Source of the DNA: Candidatus Saccharimonadota bacterium
GTDB taxonomy: Bacteria > Patescibacteriota > Saccharimonadia > Saccharimonadales > Saccharimonadaceae
Length of the DNA: 64,000 nt
Direction: 5' to 3'
Assembly (NCBI GenBank): GCA_017511965.1
Contig: JAFWHT010000012.1
Location: 1,596 to 65,595, forward strand
Of this stretch, positions 20,001-28,274 are shown one piece after another. Each line of letters opens with the position of its first letter. Positions within the stretch are counted from its first letter, which is position 1. Below the pieces are notes generated by a model, which saw only the letters and a program-made list of their open reading frames with translations, searched no databases and was not told the DNA's origin. The position numbers were made by a program, and so were the translations under genes.

Positions 20001-20286
20001 TTTTGTATTGTGCTAAAATCTCCGAACCAAATGCATGATAAGTTGAAATGTTTACTCTAGTACCGATTTTTCCTATAATCGACTTTAGCCTCTCGCGCAT
20101 ATTATTTGCGCCGGACTCCGTAAACGTCATACATAAAATGTTTTCCGGATTAGTATCAGTTTCGTGTAAAATATAGGCGACTTTTTCGGATAATAATTGT
20201 GTTTTGCCCGTTCCTGGCCCCGCCAGTACTAAAAGCGGTCCATCCAAATATCTAACCGCTTCTTTTTGTTTTTGGTTTAGGCCCAT
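17062..20286 (-). CDS. UvrD/PcrA-family helicase fused to a C-terminal PD-(D/E)XK (Cas4/AddB-like) nuclease domain
   Basis: 1074 aa. Has LAGPGTGKTQ (Walker A), DEFQDT and VENYRST helicase motifs. The C-terminus has GKIDHIIID...IYDFKTG...QLEFYKLL, a nuclease-like core. Confidence 0.8.
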   Translation of the reverse strand: MGLNQKQKEAVRYLDGPLLVLAGPGTGKTQLLSEKVAYILHETDTNPENILCMTFTESGANNMRERLKSIIGKIGTRVNISTYHAFGSEILAQYKNYAEDYDRRLDAAIDEVTQFKIVRLVQEGLSGKDILRGDAVKDIVSVISAAKSAGLTSKQLQKIAEVNLEDSEVLSKTISPFLLKIVPRNFKKSYENAYSPIYNILHKYENTKPIVSNVERNINYIAKDLKEAILEAESEEKIKPLSAWKDKYFEKDEKGNYRLKDRVANKKLLSLAFVMEKYDAYLKENGLYDFDDMIKEATRVLKTDAGFKATLSERYQFIMLDEFQDTNPSQFAIIKELTDYEKPMIMAVGDDDQAIYEFQGALSTNLTDFQKHYNANVIALVENYRSTQEILDFSHKIIEQAPDRFADKELIAHKKALPKSQIYRHEFLSSDMEYAFVADEIARLIKSGVSQNEIAVISYKLKYFMPLLPFLKSHPEINIAYEKKNNILEDEKIYQLLNLARYVYELANNKKPSVSALEVLSYPFLELPILEIVKLTDKARADKKAIFAVLADSDNPKIAKVAEFLGNLVAKSFNEPLEIFFDYLIGATEIDGYKSPFLRYYSKDDYEAFSLYENLAALRGKLKQHFGDERKLKLADLIAMLDDYTEAEMAINTTSPYRESSEAVSILSAHKAKGLEFSYVFILTADHAAWGKGKGNNSMLVLPKNLTQIRHTGTTDGEKLRILYVALTRAKEVLYITNSLRDFNGKSPERLEYFDESIDGDKVISPLIPRAKVMTHYEASAYDYSEKPLKNWLTPFIKPTPDMRAIYQERVNRFRMSASSLTSFIDIVYAGPQEFFKNYILQAPREPETEVMAYGDLVHKTFEFVTNKKASKEAALEFFRSELEKKELESEVLRRMREKGTEDIVVALEAFDTILKNGKAEVNLGPEKLSINGVPVTGKIDHIIIDETNKTIEIYDFKTGGYKNKAWQSHATLFKYMLQLEFYKLLLNNSPTYAKYKIKRGHILFVTPDGDEQVHDKVYEFNEQDESELKTLMTAVYRQIATLSFIDNAEIFVPADSNLGLKDIRNFIALLLAK

Positions 20287-21056
20287 TTTTCGCTAATCCT
20301 CATTAACTCTCTTAGCACGGTTGCGTCTTTTGGTACTTTAATCTCGCCTCGCTTAATTCGCTTTAAAGCCGAAATACCCTCAACTGTTTTTTCTGGCTGG
20401 TAATTTGGATTATGTCGCAATTTATCCCCGAATTCATAATTTCGTGAAGGATAAGCGCAGGTTAATTTTAAATCCCCTACCCCGCAAGCTAAATCAACGG
20501 TCTCCTCTCTCGCTCCATTTTCTTTTAGTACTGCTCTCATTTCGTCTAAAATAGAATCAATATACGAATTCCATCTGTCGCTTTCCTTTTCTAGCCCCAA
20601 AAGCCCCGCATAAATCGCATAGACATTTTTAAGTGCCCCACACATCAACACGCCGTTTTCGTCGTCTGTTGAATCAAAAATTAAATAATCTGCTTTAAAT
20701 AATTCTTCTACCCTTAAATCCGTGGCAGTTAAGTATGTTTTTTTCTGCGCTTTGATGTCTACTGCAAATCCCGGCCCCGACAGCACCATATAATCTTTAA
20801 ATTTCTCAAAAGTTTTTGCTGATAAAATCCCCTTTGTTGCGATAATTAAAGGAACATCGGTCGGCAAATATGGTAAAACGTGCGAAATTGAAGCTGACGG
20901 TACCACGATTAAAATAAATTTTGAGCCTGCTACTACATCTGATAGTCGCTCTTTTTCAATCCTCGAATCATAGTAATCGATATCATAACCATTCCCAGCC
21001 AAAATCCCACCTAATGCTGTTCCGAATGCTCCCGCCCCCAAAATTGCAATTTTCAT
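20277..21056 (-). CDS. gpsA: NAD(P)H-dependent glycerol-3-phosphate dehydrogenase
   Basis: MKIAILGAGAFGTALG Rossmann start, GALKNVYAIYAG, and GVGDLKLTC..SRNYEFG. Start moved from the track's 21131 to ATG 21056. Confidence 0.75.
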   Translation of the reverse strand: MKIAILGAGAFGTALGGILAGNGYDIDYYDSRIEKERLSDVVAGSKFILIVVPSASISHVLPYLPTDVPLIIATKGILSAKTFEKFKDYMVLSGPGFAVDIKAQKKTYLTATDLRVEELFKADYLIFDSTDDENGVLMCGALKNVYAIYAGLLGLEKESDRWNSYIDSILDEMRAVLKENGAREETVDLACGVGDLKLTCAYPSRNYEFGDKLRHNPNYQPEKTVEGISALKRIKRGEIKVPKDATVLRELMRISEKWA

Positions 21057-21057
21057 T

Positions 21058-21915
21058 TTAGGCTTTCTCGATTGTTTTAGCTTTTTTGTGCTTCTTGATA
21101 ATAGCCACAATAGTTGCCACAATCGCCGCAAGCGTTACGCCCACTAAAACCATAAACCAAATCGGGCAAATAAATACATCTTTGACAACCTCCGAAACAT
21201 CACCTTGGTAATAAATTGTTTGTTTAATTCGCACCATGCCTAACCCCGGCAACCCACTTACTTCTCGCGTCACTGCTCGTGTACTTTCAGGCATAATTAG
21301 TTCGCTATACCGACCACTATTTTCTTCGGTTGGCAAAATTACTTCTCCCGTAAATACGTTTGAGACCGCAATTACAAAAGTAGCATCTTCGTGAACATTC
21401 CCGTTATTTGAGATTAAAGCGCTAAGTGTTATTGGTGTCGAAAGCACAAATCCAGGCACATTGTTTTCGATGATTTCGCCCTCATGTACAATCTCGCCAT
21501 CTACGTGTCCATAAATCAAACTCGCTAACTCAAATATATTGTCAATCGCCACTGCCCCGTCGCTTCCTGTTGTATTGTCAGAGCTTACCGCAATCGTTGC
21601 GTATTGCCCTCCACCAGGTGCGTCTTTTGGCACTGTGATAGTAAATTCAACGTCCTTAGTTTCGTTGGGCTTTACTGTGCCGGTAGGTTCTTTGATTGTA
21701 ATCCAATCTACAATTTGTGTTCGATTAGTGATTGATACTAAGTCGGCTGTATAATTTTCGTCGGTTACCCCATAAGGTGTAACCGAGACTCTATAAGCAA
21801 AATCCGCACTTGCGTCCGCCGGATTAATGACCGACACTTTACCCTCATAGGTTTTTCCCGGCTCTAAGCTAAACCTTTGAGTCATCGGTAGTACCGTAAA
21901 AGAATTATTATCCAT
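21058..21915 (-). CDS. Hypothetical beta-rich protein with a single C-terminal TM anchor and no signal peptide
   Basis: 285 aa. GGAGG sits upstream of the ATG. The C-terminus is WFMVLVGVTLAAIVATIVAIIKKHKK. The body loosely resembles DUF916/DUF3324-type surface proteins, which is a weak impression only. Confidence 0.4.
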   Translation of the reverse strand: MDNNSFTVLPMTQRFSLEPGKTYEGKVSVINPADASADFAYRVSVTPYGVTDENYTADLVSITNRTQIVDWITIKEPTGTVKPNETKDVEFTITVPKDAPGGGQYATIAVSSDNTTGSDGAVAIDNIFELASLIYGHVDGEIVHEGEIIENNVPGFVLSTPITLSALISNNGNVHEDATFVIAVSNVFTGEVILPTEENSGRYSELIMPESTRAVTREVSGLPGLGMVRIKQTIYYQGDVSEVVKDVFICPIWFMVLVGVTLAAIVATIVAIIKKHKKAKTIEKA

Positions 21916-21953
21916 TAAACCTCCACATTAATTATAATTATTATAGCAAATAA

Positions 21954-22517
21954 TTATTCAATTGACAAAGTTTTTCCGGTACCGACTTTCATTCTAATTA
22001 GTCGCTGATTTTTAGAACCTCGAAATCGTAAACTCAAATCTCGTTGGCCTAAAATAAACGGCCCATCAATAATCACGTCCAATGATTTTAAAAATTCTAA
22101 AGGCTCTCTACCATATTCTTCGATAATTTCTTTTGTAAAACCCGAAAAACTCCAAACATTCCAACCGAGCTCTTTTCTAACGTAATCTGCAATTTCTTTG
22201 CATGCTTTTGCTTGCACAAATGGCTCTCCCCCACAAAATGTCAATCCCGATTGCCCACGAAAACTCGCCAACTCTTCTTTGATGTCTTCAATTTTGCGTA
22301 GTTCTCCCGCTTCGTAGTCCCAAGTTTCTGGGTTTTGACAACCCGGACAAGCATTTGGGCAACCTTGAGTCCAGAGTACTGCTCGCAATCCTTCGCCATT
22401 TACGATGTTATCATGCTCGAGAGGTCCGGAGACCCGGATGTATCCATCCGGCGTCTCCAATTGCTTAGCGATTTTTTCTAACGAAATTTTATGCCAATCA
22501 ACCATTTTAACATTCAC
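21954..22517 (-). CDS. nrdG: Anaerobic ribonucleoside-triphosphate reductase activating protein (radical SAM)
   Basis: 187 aa with NIVNGEGLRAVLWTQGCPNACPGCQNPETW, the NrdG CxxxCxxC cluster region. It overlaps the nrdD end. The GTG start in the track is uncertain, and an internal ATG lies 4 codons later. Confidence 0.85.
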   Translation of the reverse strand: MNVKMVDWHKISLEKIAKQLETPDGYIRVSGPLEHDNIVNGEGLRAVLWTQGCPNACPGCQNPETWDYEAGELRKIEDIKEELASFRGQSGLTFCGGEPFVQAKACKEIADYVRKELGWNVWSFSGFTKEIIEEYGREPLEFLKSLDVIIDGPFILGQRDLSLRFRGSKNQRLIRMKVGTGKTLSIE

Positions 22518-24693
22518 AACTTAATTTTTGAAATGCAACATCCCCTTCAAGTCGTCCACAATGTGGGCAACGCTCGCCACGAATCACACCGGAGAATCCA
22601 CACACTGGATCGCGGTCTACTGGATGGTTGACCGAACCATAGCCAATCCCCTCGTCGTGCATTTTGCGAATTACCGCTTCATATGCTTCGATGTTTTGCG
22701 ACGGGTCACCATCAAGCTCGATATAAGTAATATGCCCAGCGTTACAAAGGTTATGATATGGCGCCTCAATCTCGATTTTTTCAAAAGCCGAAATCGGGTA
22801 ATAAACCGGCACATGGAACGAGTTGGTATAAAAGTCGCGATCCGTTACACCCGGAATTATGCCATATTCTTTTTTATCAATTTTCGTAAAGCGCCCTGCG
22901 ATACCCTCAGCTGGCGTTGCGAGCAAGGTAAAGTTCAACTTATACTTTTTCGCAAATCCATCAATTACTTCGCGCATGTGCGTAATAATGTCAAGCCCGA
23001 GCTCTCTCGCTTCCTCATCTTCGCCATGATGTTTTCCGACCATCGCAACCAGCGTTTCTGCGAGGCCAATAAACCCAATCGACAAAGAACCGTGCTTAAT
23101 CACATCGCGCAGGGTATCGTTTGGCCCTAATTTTTCGCTTCCAAACCAGTTGCCTTGCCCCATCAAGAACGGGAAGTTTCTAACGTGTTGGTTAGCTTGA
23201 AATTCGTATCGCTCTAATAACTCATCTTTGACAAGATTTAGTTTTTCGTCGAGCTCTTTATAAAATCCATTCCAATCTGCCTCTTTGCGCTCGCCAAGAC
23301 AAATTCCGTGTTTAATGCCGAGACGGACTAAATTAATCGTTGTAAACGATAAATTCCCGCGCCCGGTTACAATTCCGTCTGATTCCGGGAAGACCGATGC
23401 AAACACTCGCGTTCTACAACCCATCGTCGCAATCTCAGTTCGATAATCGCCTTTCTTGTAGTATTTCAAGTTAAACGGCGCATCAATAAAGCAGAAATTT
23501 GGGAACAATCGTTTCGCCGAAACTTCCATCGAACGCCTAAAGAGGTCGTAGTTTGGATCTTTTGGATTATAGTTAATCCCTTCTTTAACTTTCAAAATCG
23601 AAATCGGAAAAATCGGCGTCTCACCCTTGCCAAGCCCGTTTTCGGTTGCCTGTAAAAGATTCAAAGAAACCAAACGCCCGGCCGGTGTCGTATCAGTCCC
23701 AAAGTTAATCGACGTAAACGGAACTTGCGCCCCAGCACGCGAATGCATCGTGTTTAGGTTATGGATAAACCCTTCCATCGCTTGCAAAGTCTCTTTTTCA
23801 ACATCTTCATTCGAAACTTCAATCACTTCTTTTGGCCATTTTGCCTTCTCTAATTTTTTATCATCCCCGTATTCATAAGTCTCTTTAATTTCTAGGTCGA
23901 GTTTTTTCTTTGCGAATTTATTATATTTCGCCAAATTTCGCTTCAAAGCTTTTCTAAATGATTTATTTACGCCCGGCGCCATTGCATAATCAAAATTCGG
24001 AATCGATTGACCACCGTGCTGTTCGTTTTGGTTGGCTTGAAGCAAAATTGCCGCTAGTGCCGCATAAGAACCAATCGAATTTGGCGTACGAAGATGCCCG
24101 TGTCCAGTATTAAAACCACCGTTTTCGAACAAAACAAACGGATCCGACTGACAACAAGTTAAAGTCCCCGTCGCATAAAAATCTAGGTCGTGGATATGAA
24201 TATCGCCGTTATCATGCGCCGCCGCAATCTCTGGGTCGAGTAGTAGAGTCTTCGCAAAGACCTTCGAGCCTTCCGCGCCAAATTGTAACATCTTCCCCAT
24301 CGCCGAATCGCCATCGACGTTTGCGTTCGAGCGCTTAACATCCGAGTCGTCTGCCGCATCTGCATGAGAAATCGTGCGATAAATCATCATGAGATCGCTT
24401 TTTGCATCACGCACTCTCGAGCGTTCTTGGCGATAACGAATGTAAGCTCGCGCCGTTTTTTTATATTTTGATTCCATCAAAACTTCCTCGACGATGTCTT
24501 GAATTTGCTCAACATTTGGCGTTCTAGCCGTAATTTTTTCTTCTGCCTTTTTTAAAACTTTTTCTGCGAGCGCCTTAGCACGGTCTGCCTTAAATTCTTC
24601 AGTCGCGATTCCGGCTTTTGCAATCGCTTCAATGATTTTTTCTGGATCAAATTTTACAATTTTCCCATCTCTTTTTACAATTCTTTTAAACAT
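22507..24693 (-). CDS. nrdD: Anaerobic ribonucleoside-triphosphate reductase (class III), C-terminus atypical
   Basis: ATP-cone start MFKRIVKRDGKIVKFDPEKI with GGAGG 5 nt upstream. Core motifs are SRAGAQVPFTSINFG, MGCRTRV, GRGNLSFTTINL and GYGSVNHPVDRDPVCG...CPHCG. The ORF ends 16 aa after CPHCG (see findings). Confidence 0.85.
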   Translation of the reverse strand: MFKRIVKRDGKIVKFDPEKIIEAIAKAGIATEEFKADRAKALAEKVLKKAEEKITARTPNVEQIQDIVEEVLMESKYKKTARAYIRYRQERSRVRDAKSDLMMIYRTISHADAADDSDVKRSNANVDGDSAMGKMLQFGAEGSKVFAKTLLLDPEIAAAHDNGDIHIHDLDFYATGTLTCCQSDPFVLFENGGFNTGHGHLRTPNSIGSYAALAAILLQANQNEQHGGQSIPNFDYAMAPGVNKSFRKALKRNLAKYNKFAKKKLDLEIKETYEYGDDKKLEKAKWPKEVIEVSNEDVEKETLQAMEGFIHNLNTMHSRAGAQVPFTSINFGTDTTPAGRLVSLNLLQATENGLGKGETPIFPISILKVKEGINYNPKDPNYDLFRRSMEVSAKRLFPNFCFIDAPFNLKYYKKGDYRTEIATMGCRTRVFASVFPESDGIVTGRGNLSFTTINLVRLGIKHGICLGERKEADWNGFYKELDEKLNLVKDELLERYEFQANQHVRNFPFLMGQGNWFGSEKLGPNDTLRDVIKHGSLSIGFIGLAETLVAMVGKHHGEDEEARELGLDIITHMREVIDGFAKKYKLNFTLLATPAEGIAGRFTKIDKKEYGIIPGVTDRDFYTNSFHVPVYYPISAFEKIEIEAPYHNLCNAGHITYIELDGDPSQNIEAYEAVIRKMHDEGIGYGSVNHPVDRDPVCGFSGVIRGERCPHCGRLEGDVAFQKLSCEC

Positions 24694-24766
24694 CTTCACC
24701 TCCACAAACACAATTCGGACAATCACAGTCTGGTCCACATGGGCAAGTTCCATTTTTAGTGAGCAT
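24686..24766 (-). CDS. Cys-rich micro-ORF (26 aa, MLTKNGTCPCGPDCDCPNCVCGGEDV) overlapping the nrdD start
   Basis: Below the ORF-track size cutoff. AAGGAGG lies 5 nt upstream of ATG 24766. The peptide has 6 Cys arranged CxC-x3-CxC-x2-CxC. Its TAA stop overlaps the nrdD ATG region by 8 nt in another frame. Confidence 0.5.
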   Translation of the reverse strand: MLTKNGTCPCGPDCDCPNCVCGGEDV

Positions 24767-24884
24767 AAAAACCTCCTTATAATTCACTATTTTATTTTAC
24801 AAATATGACCTTTTTGTAGTTTCAATAGACTTTTGTTAGGTAATGCTTTTCGCCTTTCGACCCTACATCTAGTGTCTTATACCT

Positions 24885-24913
24885 ATAATACACCACTAAA
24901 TATGGATTTGCAA
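24885..24913 (-). promoter_or_regulatory. Sigma70-type promoter for the micro-ORF/nrdDG unit
   Basis: Minus strand: TTGCAA, 17 nt, TATTAT. This predicts a leader of about 110 nt before the micro-ORF. Confidence 0.5.
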
Positions 24914-24948
24914 GCCTTTTATGCTAAAAAATGTAAAAATTACAACAA

Positions 24949-25872
24949 CTACTTCAAAAACCCATTAATAATCTGACTTTCGGCTTCTGCTCGCGAGAGT
25001 CCTAGCGTCATCAGCTTCTCAAGTTGCTCGCCCGCAATTTTTCCAATCGCCGCTTCGTGTATCAGCTCTGCATCTACACTTGCCGCATCAAGCGACGGCA
25101 CCGCCAACACCCGCGCCTGATCCATAATAATTGCATCACACTCCGAATGCCCTCGGCATTTATTATTTCCCACAATCTTCGAGCGAAAAATCTGTTCTGA
25201 GACGTCTTGCGCTACTGAACGTGATGCGATTGTTGAACTCGCGTCCTCTCCATCAAGCGACACCTCATAAATACTCTCCGCCTTTTGTCGTCCATGTGTC
25301 ATCAATCGCTCTTTTACTACTAATTTCGCCCTACGCCCAAGTGTCGCTACGGTCTTTCTAATCGTCGAGTCCACTCCCTTAATCTGTTCCATCACCAGCT
25401 CTGCTTCTGCTCCCTCTTCTAAAAACACTTCCGTCACCGGATTCAAAATTCGCCCTCCACGCCCTGGCCCAAACCCATAATGCTTCTCAATATATCGCAC
25501 CTTCGCCCCCTTGCCTACAAAAAACCGATGTATCCCATCATGTACCGAATCAACTGGCCCACAATTATAAATCCCACACCCCGCCACAATCGTCACATCC
25601 GCCCCTTCCCCAACATGAAAATCATTATAAACCGTTTCTTTTAAGCCCGTCGCTGAGATCGCTACCGGAATATGTACCGACTCATCAATCGTCCCCGGAT
25701 TAATATAAATCTCAAGCCCCGAAACGTCCTTTTTTGACACTATATTTATATTCTTGCTCGATTTTCGCCCCACCGACTTTCCGTTCACTCGGAAATTATA
25801 TGCACCCTTCGGTGGCTCACTTGTTCCAGTCACCTCGCAAAAAATCTCTTGCTCATATTCATTAAAATTCAT
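24949..25872 (-). CDS. sufD: SufB/SufD-family Fe-S cluster assembly protein
   Basis: 307 aa beta-helix-type SufBD pattern with a C-terminal LIHEAAIGKI...LSRAEAESQIINGFL. It overlaps sufC. Confidence 0.7.
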   Translation of the reverse strand: MNFNEYEQEIFCEVTGTSEPPKGAYNFRVNGKSVGRKSSKNINIVSKKDVSGLEIYINPGTIDESVHIPVAISATGLKETVYNDFHVGEGADVTIVAGCGIYNCGPVDSVHDGIHRFFVGKGAKVRYIEKHYGFGPGRGGRILNPVTEVFLEEGAEAELVMEQIKGVDSTIRKTVATLGRRAKLVVKERLMTHGRQKAESIYEVSLDGEDASSTIASRSVAQDVSEQIFRSKIVGNNKCRGHSECDAIIMDQARVLAVPSLDAASVDAELIHEAAIGKIAGEQLEKLMTLGLSRAEAESQIINGFLK

Positions 25873-26563
25873 CTTCTGACCCCTGTATTTTCGGCAAAAC
25901 CTTACGCGCTTCGTTGAGCTTAAAGATTCGCCCCTTCTTTAAAATCATGATTCTATCTGCAATTTTTAAAATCCGCTCTTGATGCGAAATCACGATAATT
26001 GTCTTACCCTCTCTATGTAACTTCCGAAAAACTTTCACCAAATCATCAAAACTCCAAAGATCAATCCCTGCTTCCGGTTCATCAAAAATCAAAAGCTCTG
26101 AATTTCGTGCTAAAATCATTGCAATCTCAATCCGTTTCAATTCCCCACCCGACAATTTCCCATTTACTTCTCGATTTAGATATTCTTCTGCAGGTAGCCC
26201 CACTTGCTTTAAAATTTTCTCCGCCTCCTCCGGGCTTATCATTTCTCCGTTTGCGATATTTAATAAATCATAAACCGTCAGCCCCTTAAATTTTACCGGC
26301 TGTTGAAACGAAAACGAAATTCCTTTTTGCGCTCGCTGAGGGATCGACAACTCAGAAATATCTTCTCCATTAAGCAAAATCTTCCCCCTAGTCTGTTTAG
26401 CGAGTCCCATAATAATTTTAGCCAAACTCGACTTCCCACCTCCGTTCGGTCCCGTCACTACCAAAAATTCCCCAGGCCGTACTTTAAATGAAATTTTATC
26501 TAAAATTTTTTTCTTTCGCCCCTCTTCCGAAACTAAAAACGAAACATCCCGAACCTCTAACAT
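25862..26563 (-). CDS. sufC: Fe-S cluster assembly ATPase SufC
   Basis: 233 aa. Walker A GPNGGGKSS, signature LSGGELKR, Walker B LLIFDEPEAGID. Confidence 0.8.
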   Translation of the reverse strand: MLEVRDVSFLVSEEGRKKKILDKISFKVRPGEFLVVTGPNGGGKSSLAKIIMGLAKQTRGKILLNGEDISELSIPQRAQKGISFSFQQPVKFKGLTVYDLLNIANGEMISPEEAEKILKQVGLPAEEYLNREVNGKLSGGELKRIEIAMILARNSELLIFDEPEAGIDLWSFDDLVKVFRKLHREGKTIIVISHQERILKIADRIMILKKGRIFKLNEARKVLPKIQGSEDEF

Positions 26564-26610
26564 AGTACCAAAATTATATCACAAATCTATCAACTAAAAT
26601 CTAAAAATTT

Positions 26611-27366
26611 CTAAATCTCCAAATCTTTATATTGGAATAAAATCATCGTTACTACGCTTGGGATTATAATATAAGCCATTAATACTAAGTAATCATTCGT
26701 CACAATTTCCTTGCCTAGAGATAAACTCTCCGTTGTTTCTCTTAGTGCGTGCGATGCCAAATACGATTGAAGATATACAGTATCCTCATTTAATAATACA
26801 AACGATAGTAAATAAATTGCGCTTGTTGCAACAATCACATAAATAATAATTCCCGCAATTGAACTTTGAAACCAAAACATCACTGGCGAAATCAGTGCGA
26901 TTATCGCCACCACAAACAGCGCTTCCGTTAAAAATATACAAAAAATTGTTAGATAATTAAGCATCCTCGTTTCAATTCCTAACGATAGCATGGAAAAAAT
27001 CACCACTATTGCACTTATCCCACCAATTAGCACTGCCAAAACCGCTACTTCAAGCATTTTTGCCAAAAAAACTTTAAAACGCGCTATCCCCGACCCGATT
27101 GCATTCGACATTATTTTTGCTTTAAAATCATCATGAAATACCGAAATCAATATCGCGATACCAGCAAATATCGAAAATACCTCTGGTAAAATCGCAATAT
27201 CTCTCAGGGCAATCGCAACGTCATAACCAGACAAATAATGGCTTGACTGAATCATCAAAATTCCAGTAATCGCCAATCCCGGAATCAACGCTAAAATCCA
27301 AAAACTCACCTTGCTAACTACGCGCAGTATATCAGTATAAAAATATCTAAACATTGCTTCCTCCAA
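26611..27366 (-). CDS. ABC-2 type transporter permease
   Basis: 251 aa with 6 TM segments, overlapping the upstream ABC ATPase gene. Confidence 0.5.
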   Translation of the reverse strand: MEEAMFRYFYTDILRVVSKVSFWILALIPGLAITGILMIQSSHYLSGYDVAIALRDIAILPEVFSIFAGIAILISVFHDDFKAKIMSNAIGSGIARFKVFLAKMLEVAVLAVLIGGISAIVVIFSMLSLGIETRMLNYLTIFCIFLTEALFVVAIIALISPVMFWFQSSIAGIIIYVIVATSAIYLLSFVLLNEDTVYLQSYLASHALRETTESLSLGKEIVTNDYLVLMAYIIIPSVVTMILFQYKDLEI

Positions 27367-28144
27367 TTAGTTCAAAATAATAATCTTCCAGCGAAGTCGC
27401 ATCTAATCCTTCTCCAAAAACTTTTATACCGGCTTTCTTAAGAGCCGTTTTTGCTTTTGCTAAATCATTAATTTTTAATTTTACATAATTAGTAGAAGAT
27501 TTTAAGTCATTTTTCTGAAGCTCTTTTAAGACTTTACCTTCGTCAATAATTCCAAATCGCGTCGCTGTATGTTCAAGCTCACCCAAAATATGCGACGAAA
27601 TCAAAATTGTCTTCCCGTCTTTATTCAATTTTTTCATCAGCGCCCGAATATCGGCGATTCCCTGTGGGTCCAAGCCGTTTGCTGGCTCGTCAAAAATTAA
27701 AATTTCCGGATTTCCTAAAATCGCTCGCGCAATTCCCAGCCTTTGTTTCATCCCCATCGAAAACGATTTATAACGCTTTCTAACTTTCTCGAGCCCAACA
27801 ACCTCCAAAACTCGCTGAATCTCGGCTTTTTGATTTTTAACCCCCAGTAGTCGGCAATAATATCTTAAATTTTCTCGCGCACTCAAATTGTTAAAAAATC
27901 CACTATCAATAAAAAAACCAATTTTCCGTCGGTTTTTTAAAAATTCAAACGAATTTTTACTTCCCGCAATCGAAATTTCACCAGAATATCTCACCAATCC
28001 TAAAATCGCTTTAAAAATCGTCGTTTTTCCCGCGCCATTTTTCCCCACCAAACCATAAATATCGCCTTTTTTTACATCAAGCGAAACATCCGCCAAAGCC
28101 CGAAACTTCCCATAACGTTTATTGACTTTATGTAGTTTTATCAT
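27347..28144 (-). CDS. ABC transporter ATP-binding protein (BcrA/lantibiotic-export-like)
   Basis: 265 aa. Walker A GKNGAGKTT, signature FSMGMKQR, Walker B ILIFDEPANGLD. Confidence 0.8.
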   Translation of the reverse strand: MIKLHKVNKRYGKFRALADVSLDVKKGDIYGLVGKNGAGKTTIFKAILGLVRYSGEISIAGSKNSFEFLKNRRKIGFFIDSGFFNNLSARENLRYYCRLLGVKNQKAEIQRVLEVVGLEKVRKRYKSFSMGMKQRLGIARAILGNPEILIFDEPANGLDPQGIADIRALMKKLNKDGKTILISSHILGELEHTATRFGIIDEGKVLKELQKNDLKSSTNYVKLKINDLAKAKTALKKAGIKVFGEGLDATSLEDYYFELIGGSNV

Positions 28145-28274
28145 ATGTACATATTATAACACAAACTTATTGGTGGGGGCGAATTGGGCAGGCATTAACA
28201 CTATATAGAGAAGACTTGCAGGCGAAGTTGGATTGTGAACGTGGTATAATTAAACTAATATAAGCGGAGGCTCT

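Noticed and set aside
22410-22517. An RVSG tetrapeptide (DGYIRVSGPLEHD) in the N-terminal extension of the nrdG ORF, which might be the missing glycyl-radical loop of NrdD relocated or joined by a frameshift.
   Set aside because: The residue after Gly is Pro rather than the aromatic residue of the RVxG[FWY] motif. A TAA closes this frame immediately upstream, so no simple frameshift joins it to nrdD. As far as I recall, Firmicutes-type NrdG proteins normally have an N-terminal extension of similar length. I keep it only as a note under the nrdD finding.
24860-24875. Possible NrdR box just downstream of the nrdD promoter -10. The minus strand reads acactagatgtagggt, which matches 13 of 16 positions of the consensus acaCwAtATaTwGtgt as I remember it.
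   Set aside because: Only one box is found, whereas NrdR sites normally occur as two boxes about 31 bp apart. The best second candidate matches only about 9 of 16 positions. No nrdR gene is in the window, and the consensus is recalled from memory. It is worth a motif scan, but not supportable as a feature.
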